Origin: a virus
Virus record (IMG/VR): IMGVR_UViG_3300047157_000105
Coordinates: 76,544 to 140,543 of that record
Length of the DNA stretch: 64,000 nt
Reading direction: 5' to 3' (one strand)
The notes beneath the pieces are model-generated. The model was not told the origin of the DNA. It did no database searches and worked only from the letters and a program-made list of their open reading frames with translations. Made by a program: the position numbers and the translations under genes. This document shows positions 8,514 to 16,859 of the stretch, piece after piece; position 1 is the stretch's first letter; each line of letters starts with the position of its first letter.

Positions 8514-9586
8514 AAAAAAGCGTATTTAAAATAAACACAAAAGGACATCTAGATAAAAATTTATTCTTTGATGAAGGTGTCGACATTGCAAGATATGACG
8601 TAGTCAAATACTCGTCTTTGCAAAAGCTATATGAAAAGATGTTATCGTTTTACTGGACCCCTGATGAGATCGATGTCACAAAAGACAAGATTGACTTTGG
8701 TAAGTTAACAAAGAATGAGCAACATATATTTACATCCAATCTCAAAAGACAAATCTTATTAGACTCAGTACAGGGCAGATCACCTGACTTGGCTTTATTG
8801 CCACTTGCAAGTAATCCTGAACTTGAGTTACTCATTGAGACATGGGCATTCTTTGAGACTATTCACTCGAGATCGTATACTCACGTGATCAGAAACGTGT
8901 ATCCTAATCCGTCAAAGGTCTTTGATGAGATTACTTCGATACCAGCAATCTCCGAGTGTGGTAATGCAATCTCAGAACATTATGACAACCTGATCAATTA
9001 TAAGGGCCCTCACGGTAGCTATACGCATAAAAAACTGTTATATCTCTGTTTAGTAAGTATATACATATTAGAAGGAATAAGGTTTTATGTGAGCTTTGCA
9101 TGTTCATGGGCATTCGCAGAACTTAAGCAAATGGAAGGTAATGCAAAGATTATTAAGTTAATTGCAAGAGATGAGAACTTACATCTTGCAGCATCGCTAA
9201 ATATTATACGAACTCTTATCAAAGAAGATGAGGATTATGTAAAGATTAAAGATGAAACACATAATGAAGTTATGGCTTTATTTGAAGATGCATTAGTACA
9301 AGAAGAAGATTGGTGTGATTACCTATTTGGTAATGGTTCAATGATTGGACTGAATGCAGGTTTGTTAAAAGAATATGTACGTTGGATTGGTGCAAAGAGA
9401 ATTAAGAGTCTTAGTTATACCGTTCCATTTTCTGTACATCAGCATAACCCACTACCATGGACAGAGAAGTGGATAAGTGGCGGAGCAGTACAAGTTGCTC
9501 CACAAGAAACAGAAATAACGTCTTATGTACTCGGTGGAGTTACACATGACGTTGATACTAAATCATTCGAGGGATTAAGTTTATGA
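8510..9586 (+). CDS. nrdB: Ribonucleoside-diphosphate reductase class Ia, beta subunit
   Basis: Di-iron ligands LLDSVQ, FFETIHSRSY (radical Tyr), LEGIRFY and RDENLH; C-terminal QVAPQETEITSY; start set at coupled ATG 8510. Confidence 0.96.
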   Translation: MKKSVFKINTKGHLDKNLFFDEGVDIARYDVVKYSSLQKLYEKMLSFYWTPDEIDVTKDKIDFGKLTKNEQHIFTSNLKRQILLDSVQGRSPDLALLPLASNPELELLIETWAFFETIHSRSYTHVIRNVYPNPSKVFDEITSIPAISECGNAISEHYDNLINYKGPHGSYTHKKLLYLCLVSIYILEGIRFYVSFACSWAFAELKQMEGNAKIIKLIARDENLHLAASLNIIRTLIKEDEDYVKIKDETHNEVMALFEDALVQEEDWCDYLFGNGSMIGLNAGLLKEYVRWIGAKRIKSLSYTVPFSVHQHNPLPWTEKWISGGAVQVAPQETEITSYVLGGVTHDVDTKSFEGLSL

Positions 9587-9828
9587 GTACAGCAGTAGTA
9601 TGGAGTAAAGACAATTGTGTATATTGCACAAAAGCAAAAGACTTTTTAAAGAAAAGAGATATTAACATAGAAGAGAGAAACGTTCAGTCAGGAGATTGGA
9701 CAATGACTCAATTGCATGAAGCGGTTCCGAATGCAAGACAATTTCCACAGATCTTTATTGATGGCAAATATGTTGGTGGTTATGATAAGATGATGGCACA
9801 TGTTCAAATGGGAGAATTAAGTTTATGA
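9583..9828 (+). CDS. Glutaredoxin
   Basis: CVYC active site and FPQIFIDGKYVGGY. Confidence 0.92.
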   Translation: MSTAVVWSKDNCVYCTKAKDFLKKRDINIEERNVQSGDWTMTQLHEAVPNARQFPQIFIDGKYVGGYDKMMAHVQMGELSL

Positions 9829-10019
9829 TATGTCATGAATGTAATAGTCCAGAGTTTGATGTTACAGTTAAAGAAGAGTTAGGCTACGATAATAATCCAA
9901 TTGATCTTGGGTTAGAAGTAACTAATTGTCCTTTTTGTGGTGCTAATTTAGAATGGGCAGAGAGAGGTGGATTTGATGCAGAAGAATACGATCACGATGA
10001 AAACAGACTGGACCTATAA
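9825..10019 (+). CDS. Small zinc-ribbon protein
   Basis: CHEC and CPFC pairs with an acidic tail. Confidence 0.65.
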   Translation: MICHECNSPEFDVTVKEELGYDNNPIDLGLEVTNCPFCGANLEWAERGGFDAEEYDHDENRLDL

Positions 10020-10437
10020 TGGACAGAGATTTACGCCTACTGATGTTGGCGATTATTACGGGTTTGTTTATAGGATTACTAATCTCACTAATGGCATGGA
10101 CTATATTGGGAGAAAGTATTTTAAAACTATAAGAAAGCTCAAGCCGCTTGCGGGGTTTAAGAGAAAACGTAAGGTCACAAAAGAAACAGATTGGCAAGAG
10201 TATTGGGGTTCAAGTAATAGACTCAATGAAGATATAGAGAAGTTAGGTAAAGAAAACTTTAAACGTGAGATCATTTGTTTGTGTAAGACTCGAGGTGACA
10301 CAAACTATATGGAAGCAAAGATACAATTCGATGAGAATGTATTATTGAATGAGAACAATTATAACGGTATTATAGCGGTAAAGATAGGAGTAGGTTCAGT
10401 TAAAAATTTAGCTGAAGAGTATGTACATCCGCAGTAA
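9997..10437 (+). CDS. GIY-YIG family nuclease-like protein
   Basis: GFVYRITN...YIGRKYF...YWGSS...FKREII; likely start ATG 9997. Confidence 0.75.
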   Translation: MKTDWTYNGQRFTPTDVGDYYGFVYRITNLTNGMDYIGRKYFKTIRKLKPLAGFKRKRKVTKETDWQEYWGSSNRLNEDIEKLGKENFKREIICLCKTRGDTNYMEAKIQFDENVLLNENNYNGIIAVKIGVGSVKNLAEEYVHPQ

Positions 10438-10450
10438 AACATGTTATAAT
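10420..10450 (+). promoter_or_regulatory. TATGTAC-class promoter for rnh
   Basis: TGTAC at 10422-10426, an 18-nt spacer, TGtTATAAT ending at 10450. Confidence 0.75.
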
Positions 10451-10479
10451 ATACTTTAAATAATGAATATAGGTAAATT

Positions 10480-11337
10480 ATGGTACTAGTAGATTTTAAT
10501 GGTTTGGCAATCGGGTCCATCATGGGTCAATTATCACGTGGTGAGGAGCTTAGCGAAAACTTAGTTAAGCATATTATTATTAATAACCTAAGGATATATC
10601 GTAACAAATATAAAGAGGCAGACTACGGTAAGATGGTTATCGCATGTGATAGTTACTCTTGGCGTAAAGATGTATTCCCAGAGTATAAGGCTGCACGTAA
10701 AGCTAATCGTGAATCAGATAAACATGATTGGCCAATGATCTTCGACTTAATAGAAGATACTCTAAATGATTTACGTGAGAACTTTCCATACGCTGTTATT
10801 AAGATCGATAGTGCAGAGGCTGATGATATTATTGGTGCATTGACTGTACACAAGTCCACACCTCTTATTGGTGAGGATGTAGTTATTATATCTGCTGACA
10901 AAGACTTTATTCAATTACAGCAATACGGTCATGTCATACAATGGTCACCTATGTTTAATAAAATGATTAAAGAAGATAATCCACGTAGATATTTGTTCGA
11001 ACATTTACTCAAGGGCGATGCGGGTGATGGTGTTCCTAATGCCAATTCTCATGATAATGTATTTACTACAGGTTCAAGACAAACACCTATGACACAAAAA
11101 GCTATAGAGAAATATTGGGATAATCGTGATGATCTAGAAATGATTATGAAGCCTAATGTCTTCCGTAACTTTATGCGTAATGTACAAATGATTGACTTGA
11201 CTAATACTCCAGATGGTATTCGTGAAGCAGCTATAAATACATACGAGAATTACAAATATCCACCACGTTCTAATATACTAACATACTTAATAGAACACCG
11301 TATGAAAATGTTAATTGACAATGCAGCAGAGTTTTGA
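10480..11337 (+). CDS. rnh: T4-type RNase H (5'-3' exonuclease)
   Basis: LVDFN, SWRKDVFPEYKAAR, EADDII, SADKDFIQL and GDAGDGVPN motifs. Confidence 0.93.
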   Translation: MVLVDFNGLAIGSIMGQLSRGEELSENLVKHIIINNLRIYRNKYKEADYGKMVIACDSYSWRKDVFPEYKAARKANRESDKHDWPMIFDLIEDTLNDLRENFPYAVIKIDSAEADDIIGALTVHKSTPLIGEDVVIISADKDFIQLQQYGHVIQWSPMFNKMIKEDNPRRYLFEHLLKGDAGDGVPNANSHDNVFTTGSRQTPMTQKAIEKYWDNRDDLEMIMKPNVFRNFMRNVQMIDLTNTPDGIREAAINTYENYKYPPRSNILTYLIEHRMKMLIDNAAEF

Positions 11338-11477
11338 GCGAAGACGAACTAAGACAATTCATGGAGTATTTCAAAGATGAACTACCTGATCCAGAGCATT
11401 ATCCGATAAAGGTAATGTGGTTATATAGGTGGTGGAAAAGTATTACATTAAGGAATAGAGAAGATGCCGACGTATGA
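11334..11477 (+). CDS. Hypothetical 47-aa protein (TTG start; not in the ORF track)
   Basis: MSEDELRQFMEYFKDELPDPEHYPIKVMWLYRWW...; fills the gap between rnh and the next gene and overlaps both. Confidence 0.6.
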   Translation: MSEDELRQFMEYFKDELPDPEHYPIKVMWLYRWWKSITLRNREDADV

Positions 11478-11709
11478 TTTTAAAAGTAATAAGACTGGTA
11501 AAGAGTGGGAAGACACAATGTCTTACAAAGATCTAGATGCTTATTACAAAAAACATGACTGCCAACAAGTAATCAATAAACAACCTCAAGTAGTCTCAGG
11601 TGTTAAATCTTTATGGTCACAAACAGATGACGGATTTAAAGATCGCATGAGTGAGATTCAAAAGGTGGCAGGTAAACAAGGAATGAAACAAACTGACTAC
11701 GATAGATAA
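11464..11709 (+). CDS. FmdB-like small protein (MPTY family)
   Basis: MPTYDF...TGKEWE N-terminus; the Cys ligands are degenerate. Confidence 0.6.
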   Translation: MPTYDFKSNKTGKEWEDTMSYKDLDAYYKKHDCQQVINKQPQVVSGVKSLWSQTDDGFKDRMSEIQKVAGKQGMKQTDYDR

Positions 11710-12356
11710 TGTTTAAACATGAACCCATTGATTTAGGTTATAATGACCTAACTACTACAAACAAAGGTGGTAGAAAATATCAAACACCGAATGGTGATTA
11801 CCCTTCTATAACAACTGTACTTGGTAACCTAAGTAAGAAAGCTATTATGGAATGGAGAGATCGTGTAGGTCATGATGTAGCAAATCAAATATCTAGACAA
11901 GCTGCCGGTAGAGGTACAGCAGTTCACCAAGTCTGTGAAGATTATGTGAACAATAAACCTGATTATGACAAAGACTTGATGCCTAATATCTTGCATGACT
12001 TCAAGAGAATTAAAAATATACTAGACACAAGAATAGGCACAGTATATGGACAGGAGTTACCATTGTATTCTGATCACTTAGGAGTTGCAGGTCGAGTTGA
12101 CTGTGTTGCAGAGTTTGATGGTAAACCGTCTATTATAGACTATAAGACAAGTAGAAAGACAAAGAAAAAGGAATGGATCCATTCTTATTTCATGCAAGAA
12201 TGCTTTTATGCTATTGCATGGGAAGAGAGAACTGGTATTCCTATCACACAATTAGTAACAATTATCTCTGTGGATGACGCAGAACCGCAAGTATTCATTG
12301 AACATCGTGACAACTGGGATAAGGAACTCGTGCAGGTCATACACCAGTATACTTAA
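11709..12356 (+). CDS. PD-(D/E)XK exonuclease
   Basis: YPSITTVL, RGTAVH, AGRVDC, IIDYKTS and YFMQ..FYA motifs. Confidence 0.85.
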   Translation: MFKHEPIDLGYNDLTTTNKGGRKYQTPNGDYPSITTVLGNLSKKAIMEWRDRVGHDVANQISRQAAGRGTAVHQVCEDYVNNKPDYDKDLMPNILHDFKRIKNILDTRIGTVYGQELPLYSDHLGVAGRVDCVAEFDGKPSIIDYKTSRKTKKKEWIHSYFMQECFYAIAWEERTGIPITQLVTIISVDDAEPQVFIEHRDNWDKELVQVIHQYT

Positions 12357-12393
12357 ACTGGCACACCAACTCGCCGCATCTGGACCAGTAAAT

Positions 12394-12440
12394 AGTTACA
12401 CAAGCACTCGTTTTTATGATATAATATAACTATATTAAAC
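12394..12440 (+). promoter_or_regulatory. Early-type promoter, AGTTACACAAGC class (copy 1)
   Basis: AGTTACACAAGC...TGATATAAT (TATAAT 12420-12425) followed by at(a/t)actatattaaa; repeated at 12713. Confidence 0.7.
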
Positions 12441-12454
12441 AATAAGGACAGACA

Positions 12455-12685
12455 ATGAAAGTAGGAAATAGATTAAAACCAGGTAACAGAAATCAAAGAA
12501 TACAAGACAGACACGCACGTCTTGTTGCTCAAGTTAATCAACTTCAAGATGACAATGCTCGTCTTCAAAAACAAGTTGATTCTAACAAAGCAGCTTTTGA
12601 TTGGGCAAGATGTCAAGCTCATATCAATAGGCTTATTGCAGATCGTAATCAGCTTAGAGCACAACTTGCTGCTCTTACTTCATAA
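12455..12685 (+). CDS. Hypothetical coiled-coil early protein
   Basis: SD AAGGA, heptad-like composition, directly behind a promoter. Confidence 0.7.
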   Translation: MKVGNRLKPGNRNQRIQDRHARLVAQVNQLQDDNARLQKQVDSNKAAFDWARCQAHINRLIADRNQLRAQLAALTS

Positions 12686-12712
12686 ATAAGCACACTATTT
12701 CTGTGACTATAA

Positions 12713-12759
12713 AGTTACACAAGCGATCAAAACTGTGATATAATATTACTATATTAAAT
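12713..12759 (+). promoter_or_regulatory. Early-type promoter, AGTTACACAAGC class (copy 2)
   Basis: AGTTACACAAGC...TGATATAAT (TATAAT 12739-12744). Confidence 0.7.
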
Positions 12760-12774
12760 AAAAAAGGAATTAAA

Positions 12775-13035
12775 ATGGATATAATGAAAATACTTGAAAA
12801 ATACGAATCACCTGAGAACGAAGCTTCTTTTTACAAAGGCATTCCAATAAAATACCTTAAAGATGTTCAAAAATCTTTATTGTTTTGGGATAGCTTAGAT
12901 GGTGTAAAAACTTTTAGATATCAGTTTAGAGGTAAGTCTAAACCTGGTTTTAAAAGACCACAAGCATGGTGCCCTAAAGCTCATGCAGAAACATTTGCTG
13001 TTTACGAAAAAGGAGTTAACACATGGCTAGTATAA
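12775..13035 (+). CDS. Hypothetical early protein
   Basis: 86 aa, SD AAGGA. Confidence 0.7.
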   Translation: MDIMKILEKYESPENEASFYKGIPIKYLKDVQKSLLFWDSLDGVKTFRYQFRGKSKPGFKRPQAWCPKAHAETFAVYEKGVNTWLV

Positions 13036-13196
13036 AAAGATCAAAAGAAGTGCAAGACTTTATTGATGCTAACCCTGATAAGTTCAGGGTTGTATCACCT
13101 GAGGAGACTGCCAAGACTTTGCAAAAGCAAAGTGGCGGTTATTTCAAAGGTCAATCAGTGATGGGTCCATCTAAAAAGAAAGGCAAATCATCGTGA
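13023..13196 (+). CDS. Hypothetical 57-aa basic protein (not in the ORF track)
   Basis: SD AAGGAG; MASIKRSKEVQDFIDANPDKF...KKKGKSS*. Confidence 0.65.
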   Translation: MASIKRSKEVQDFIDANPDKFRVVSPEETAKTLQKQSGGYFKGQSVMGPSKKKGKSS

Positions 13197-13255
13197 AGAA
13201 TTTCATTATTATAATGTTAGTTATTATCAATTTTATTATTTGGAGTCAAGTATAA
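13193..13255 (+). CDS. Putative 20-aa hydrophobic microprotein
   Basis: GTG start; MKNFIIIMLVIINFIIWSQV*; coupled upstream by GTGA and downstream by TAATG. Confidence 0.5.
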   Translation: MKNFIIIMLVIINFIIWSQV

Positions 13256-13494
13256 TGTGGATTAAAGAATCAAAGCGTAAGACAATTGACACACTCGAAG
13301 GTATTCGTTTAAGATCAGCCAGACTATGGTTAGACAAAGATGGATTCCATCCTTTTTTAGATCAAGATGATCTTACTAAACCTGACTTACAGAAATCCAT
13401 GGGCTGTAAGTATGATGAATTACCTAAGGAAGCTTGGGATACTATGGACAGATATGATGAAGCATTAGCTAAAGGGAGTATATATGCCACGTGA
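13255..13494 (+). CDS. Hypothetical protein
   Basis: ORF 13240..13494; ATG 13255 has an upstream GGAG SD. Confidence 0.65.
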   Translation: MWIKESKRKTIDTLEGIRLRSARLWLDKDGFHPFLDQDDLTKPDLQKSMGCKYDELPKEAWDTMDRYDEALAKGSIYAT

Positions 13495-14077
13495 GATAAA
13501 AGATAAAGTAATATTAACTGACTGCGATGGAGTTCTCCTCGATTGGGAATTTCATTTTTATCGTTGGTTAGAAAAGACTGAAGGTCTACATAGACTTGGT
13601 GATGAATATAATGTTGCCAAAGCGGTTGGAGTTGCACAGAAAACTGGTGCAAGGTATGTCAACTTGTTCAACAGATCAGAAGAAATGAAGAAGCTATCAC
13701 CATTACGTGATGCGATTAAATATGTCCGCAAGCTGCATGAAGAGCATGGATATATTTTCCATGTCATTACTTCACAAACTAATTGCAAGCTTGCACAAGA
13801 ATATCGTAAAGAGAACTTGCGCAATGTATTTGGTGATGTGTTCGAAGGGTTTACTATTCTCAATACTGGTCAAGACAAAGATGAAGTCTTAGTCAATGAT
13901 TGGGGTGGATCAGAATGTTGGTGGATAGAAGATAAAGGCGCGAACATTAAAATGGGTAATGATGCTAGTTTAAGGAGTATCATTATCGATCATGCATGGA
14001 ATAGAGATTGTGAATATGACTGTTATCGTGCAAGAAATTGGAAAGATGTTTATAATATAATTGAGGGAATAGTATAA
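13484..14077 (+). CDS. HAD-superfamily hydrolase (5'(3')-nucleotidase-like, T4 gp30.2-like)
   Basis: ILTDCDGVLLDW (motif I), VITS (II) and WIED (IV). Confidence 0.8.
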   Translation: MPREIKDKVILTDCDGVLLDWEFHFYRWLEKTEGLHRLGDEYNVAKAVGVAQKTGARYVNLFNRSEEMKKLSPLRDAIKYVRKLHEEHGYIFHVITSQTNCKLAQEYRKENLRNVFGDVFEGFTILNTGQDKDEVLVNDWGGSECWWIEDKGANIKMGNDASLRSIIIDHAWNRDCEYDCYRARNWKDVYNIIEGIV

Positions 14078-14292
14078 TGATAGTAACAGCTGAAAATAGA
14101 GAACAACACTTTAGATCAAAGAACCAATTTTATGTTGCTGGTTGGGTAGCGAATGAACAATGTGAACTACCACAATCTTTACCAGAATCTTGTAGAGATA
14201 ATCCAGTTATTGCCAAGCAGTATGAAGATTACATTGCTGGCTATGGAGATTGCGTTGCGAATATCGAATGTTTGAGTGCTGAGATTGTATAA
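14077..14292 (+). CDS. Hypothetical protein
   Basis: 71 aa, coupled by TAATG. Confidence 0.6.
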   Translation: MIVTAENREQHFRSKNQFYVAGWVANEQCELPQSLPESCRDNPVIAKQYEDYIAGYGDCVANIECLSAEIV

Positions 14293-14295
14293 ATA
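14288..14295 (+). promoter_or_regulatory. T4 late promoter
   Basis: TATAAATA at a gene boundary. Confidence 0.65.
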
Positions 14296-14320
14296 ACCCT
14301 ATATCACACAGGATAATTTA

Positions 14321-14491
14321 ATGTCGACGACAGAGAAGTTACAAGCGCTTGAAGATCATGTTAAGCGTATGGGTATGATGGGGCAGTGGTATCAAAGATA
14401 TGACATATCTGAGTCTGCTGAAAAATCAAAGAAGATTATTAGAGAATTAAAAAGTGAATTGGACCCACCATGTGGTATGAGTAGAAAATAG
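14321..14491 (+). CDS. Hypothetical 56-aa protein (not in the ORF track)
   Basis: SD AGGA; MSTTEKLQALEDHVKRMG...CGMSRK*. Confidence 0.6.
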   Translation: MSTTEKLQALEDHVKRMGMMGQWYQRYDISESAEKSKKIIRELKSELDPPCGMSRK

Positions 14492-14505
14492 AATGGGAGG
14501 TAACC

Positions 14506-14814
14506 ATGGCGTTACTCGAAGATATAGTTGATTTTTGTAAGAAGGAATTGAGTATTCCTCAAGAGATTTTAGTATCTGTTGAGGTTGAAGATATATCAGA
14601 AGATAATGTTAAAGGTTGGACCACTGATTCTGCAGAAGATGATGAGTATGATATTGAGATTGATACAGGTCTTAGTTTCAAAGAGACTATCTTAACCTTG
14701 TGCCACGAGATGGTACATGTCCAACAACTACACGAACGTCGTGAGCTTGATGAAAATGAAGCTTACGAAAAAGAGAGTGTATTATATAAAAAGTATATAA
14801 ATAACACTCAGTAG
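14506..14814 (+). CDS. Small zincin-like protein (HEXXH)
   Basis: TLCHEMVHVQQ plus a downstream E.EAY. Confidence 0.7.
   Translation: MALLEDIVDFCKKELSIPQEILVSVEVEDISEDNVKGWTTDSAEDDEYDIEIDTGLSFKETILTLCHEMVHVQQLHERRELDENEAYEKESVLYKKYINNTQ
14796..14803 (+). promoter_or_regulatory. T4 late promoter for the porin-like gene
   Basis: TATAAATA about 63 nt upstream of ATG 14867. Confidence 0.7.
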
Positions 14815-14866
14815 CTAATCCCTACTCAAAAAAGGATATTTTTGTTTAAATAAAAAGGAAAGTAAT

Positions 14867-15625
14867 ATGTTTAAAAAACTACTAGTCGCGACGGCGGCAA
14901 TGGCAGTATCCGCAACTTCGCTTGCAGGTATTAGTCTTTCGGGTTTGTATGAGGGTACACTAGATTCACACGGTACATACTCTCAAGACATTCATACTAC
15001 AATGAAGGGAACTGCAGGTGCGTCAAGCGTAACCGTTGTTCTTGATAAAGATTTCAGCGTAGATGATATGTATGTAGAGAGCACAGCTGGTGTTCTTACT
15101 CTAAAAATTGGTGACTGGTCAGGAGATGATCCTGATGTAACAAAGATTGGTGTAACAACTACTCTTGGTGCATACACAGTTGGCCTTAGCCAAGTAAGTG
15201 GTGGTTCTACTGAGATTGACGCAAGTGGAACAATTGGTGGTATCGCAGTTGCAGTAACTAATGTTGCAAGTGAAGAAAGAGAAACTACCGCATCAATTAC
15301 ATCTGCTGGTGTATCAGCTAAAGTTGTACACAATAAAGTCACAGCAGGACACAATTCAGAAATTACGGTTGGTACAACTGTAATGGGATTAGGTCTTGAA
15401 GCAGTTATGGATAGAAATGCTGGAGCAACGAATGACAATGAATTTTCAGTCTCTCGTGCTGTTGGTACTCTAGGTACTGTTAAAGGTATTTGGAATAAAA
15501 CAGATGCAGCAACTCCTGTTACTACAAAGACTGTCGAGTTAACTCGTGGTATTTGGACAGGTTCTTGGGCACAAGTTGATAGCGCAGACGCTACAGTTAA
15601 GCTTGAGGCAAAACTATCGTTCTAA
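14867..15625 (+). CDS. Outer-membrane porin-like beta-barrel protein
   Basis: Sec signal peptide MFKKLLVATAAMAVSATSLA, alternating beta-strand pattern, C-terminal Phe (KLEAKLSF). Confidence 0.75.
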   Translation: MFKKLLVATAAMAVSATSLAGISLSGLYEGTLDSHGTYSQDIHTTMKGTAGASSVTVVLDKDFSVDDMYVESTAGVLTLKIGDWSGDDPDVTKIGVTTTLGAYTVGLSQVSGGSTEIDASGTIGGIAVAVTNVASEERETTASITSAGVSAKVVHNKVTAGHNSEITVGTTVMGLGLEAVMDRNAGATNDNEFSVSRAVGTLGTVKGIWNKTDAATPVTTKTVELTRGIWTGSWAQVDSADATVKLEAKLSF

Positions 15626-15650
15626 CTTAGGTATGGTACTCTAAGTAACT

Positions 15651-15685
15651 TGGGGGACTTTCCTTATTAGGTCCCCCATCCTTTA
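15651..15685 (+). terminator. Stem-loop after the porin gene (terminator or 3' stabiliser)
   Basis: TGGGGGAC/GTCCCCCA stem with a weak U tail. Confidence 0.55.
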
Positions 15686-15700
15686 AATAATGGAGACGTC

Positions 15701-15934
15701 ATGGAATATAATAATACAAAACTAATGAGCGAACACTATAAAGATGATGGTAGTGTTGCAAAGATTTATCAAGTAGTAACAGGAATGGATGGAGAACATT
15801 CGTTCTTTTCAATAACATACAAAGATCCAGCCGGTAATCGTATTATGCAAGAAGATTTTCCGTATAAAGCTTTAGGCTATGTGGAAGATGCTGCAGAGAA
15901 CTGGACTAAGGGTATCAAATTATTAAAGGGTTAA
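15701..15934 (+). CDS. Hypothetical protein
   Basis: SD GGAG; C-terminal YVEDAAENW motif. Confidence 0.7.
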   Translation: MEYNNTKLMSEHYKDDGSVAKIYQVVTGMDGEHSFFSITYKDPAGNRIMQEDFPYKALGYVEDAAENWTKGIKLLKG

Positions 15935-15936
15935 AT

Positions 15937-16182
15937 ATGGCAGATTTCGATTTTGGTTTTACTCTTGTAGATGAAGATGAATTAGAAGTTGCACAACAAG
16001 CAGTAACAGCAACGGCTTCAGCAGATAACACACAAGACAAACTAGACAAACTATATAATGCTATCGGACCATTACTCAATAACTTAAAGGCTAATCCTGA
16101 GAAGGAATATATTAAATGGCCTAATCGTGTTGAGAAGGTAGAGGCATTTGAAACACACATACAAAAAATTTACAAAGGTTAG
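15937..16182 (+). CDS. Conserved T4-like hypothetical protein
   Basis: DFDFGFT.VDEDEL...PLL.NL..NPEKEYI.WPNR pattern. Confidence 0.75.
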   Translation: MADFDFGFTLVDEDELEVAQQAVTATASADNTQDKLDKLYNAIGPLLNNLKANPEKEYIKWPNRVEKVEAFETHIQKIYKG

Positions 16183-16213
16183 TATGTACTTTACACACTA
16201 TCTATGTTATAAT
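16183..16213 (+). promoter_or_regulatory. TATGTAC-class promoter
   Basis: TGTAC at 16185-16189, an 18-nt spacer, TGtTATAAT ending at 16213. Confidence 0.75.
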
Positions 16214-16245
16214 ATATCTAACACACACTAAATAGGATTTACATT

Positions 16246-16632
16246 ATGGCAAAACGTAAGATGAGTGAAGAGCAAAGAGCAGCCGCAGCGGCTAATCTAG
16301 CAAAGGCAAGAGCAGCAAAGAAACCTGCTGCATATAAAAGTATTGCAGCTAATGTTGTTGCACTAGATGATGACCACGGTTTATCTCTAGTTAACGTAAA
16401 GAGATATATCAAAGCAACCACAGAAAAAATGGCAGCATTAAGACGTGGTATCCAAACTGGTGAGAGAGGTGCAATTGCTAAGTATGAATCGGCAAGAGTA
16501 TACAAAAACCATTGTCAAACATATTTAAGAGAAGGTGTATGGTCTCTTGATTTCTATGGTGAAGATGAAGAGAAGCCTATTTATTGGGCTACACTTGTTC
16601 CAGCTTATGACAAAGATGGGAATCAAAAATGA
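16246..16632 (+). CDS. Conserved hypothetical basic protein
   Basis: MSEEQRAAAAANLAKARAAK N-terminus; YLREG.W...FYGE. Confidence 0.75.
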   Translation: MAKRKMSEEQRAAAAANLAKARAAKKPAAYKSIAANVVALDDDHGLSLVNVKRYIKATTEKMAALRRGIQTGERGAIAKYESARVYKNHCQTYLREGVWSLDFYGEDEEKPIYWATLVPAYDKDGNQK

Positions 16633-16859
16633 GTGAGGATCTAAATAAGAAAGCATTCTCAGGTTTAGTTGAAACATATGTGCGTACTCACAGAGGCTGT
16701 CAATACATGGATGCTGTCATAACAGTATGTGAGGACAACGAGATCGATCTTAGGGACAGTAAAAAACTGATCTCAAAGGAAATAGTTGACCACATTGAGT
16801 ATGAAGCAAAGAAACTTAATCTACTGCAAGGTGGACATTCAGCAATGTTGCCTATATGA
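16629..16859 (+). CDS. gp33: Late-promoter transcription co-activator
   Basis: YMDAVI..CE.NEID....KLIS......IEYEA..LNLL...LPI; synteny with gp59 and gp32. Confidence 0.85.
   Translation: MSEDLNKKAFSGLVETYVRTHRGCQYMDAVITVCEDNEIDLRDSKKLISKEIVDHIEYEAKKLNLLQGGHSAMLPI

Noticed and set aside
4311-9586. Group I introns or inteins in nrdA/nrdB
   Set aside because: Both are continuous ORFs of normal length with all catalytic motifs in place.
11709-12356. Cas4 / CRISPR-associated nuclease
   Set aside because: It lacks the four-Cys Fe-S motif and there is no array; it is an ordinary phage PD-(D/E)XK exonuclease.
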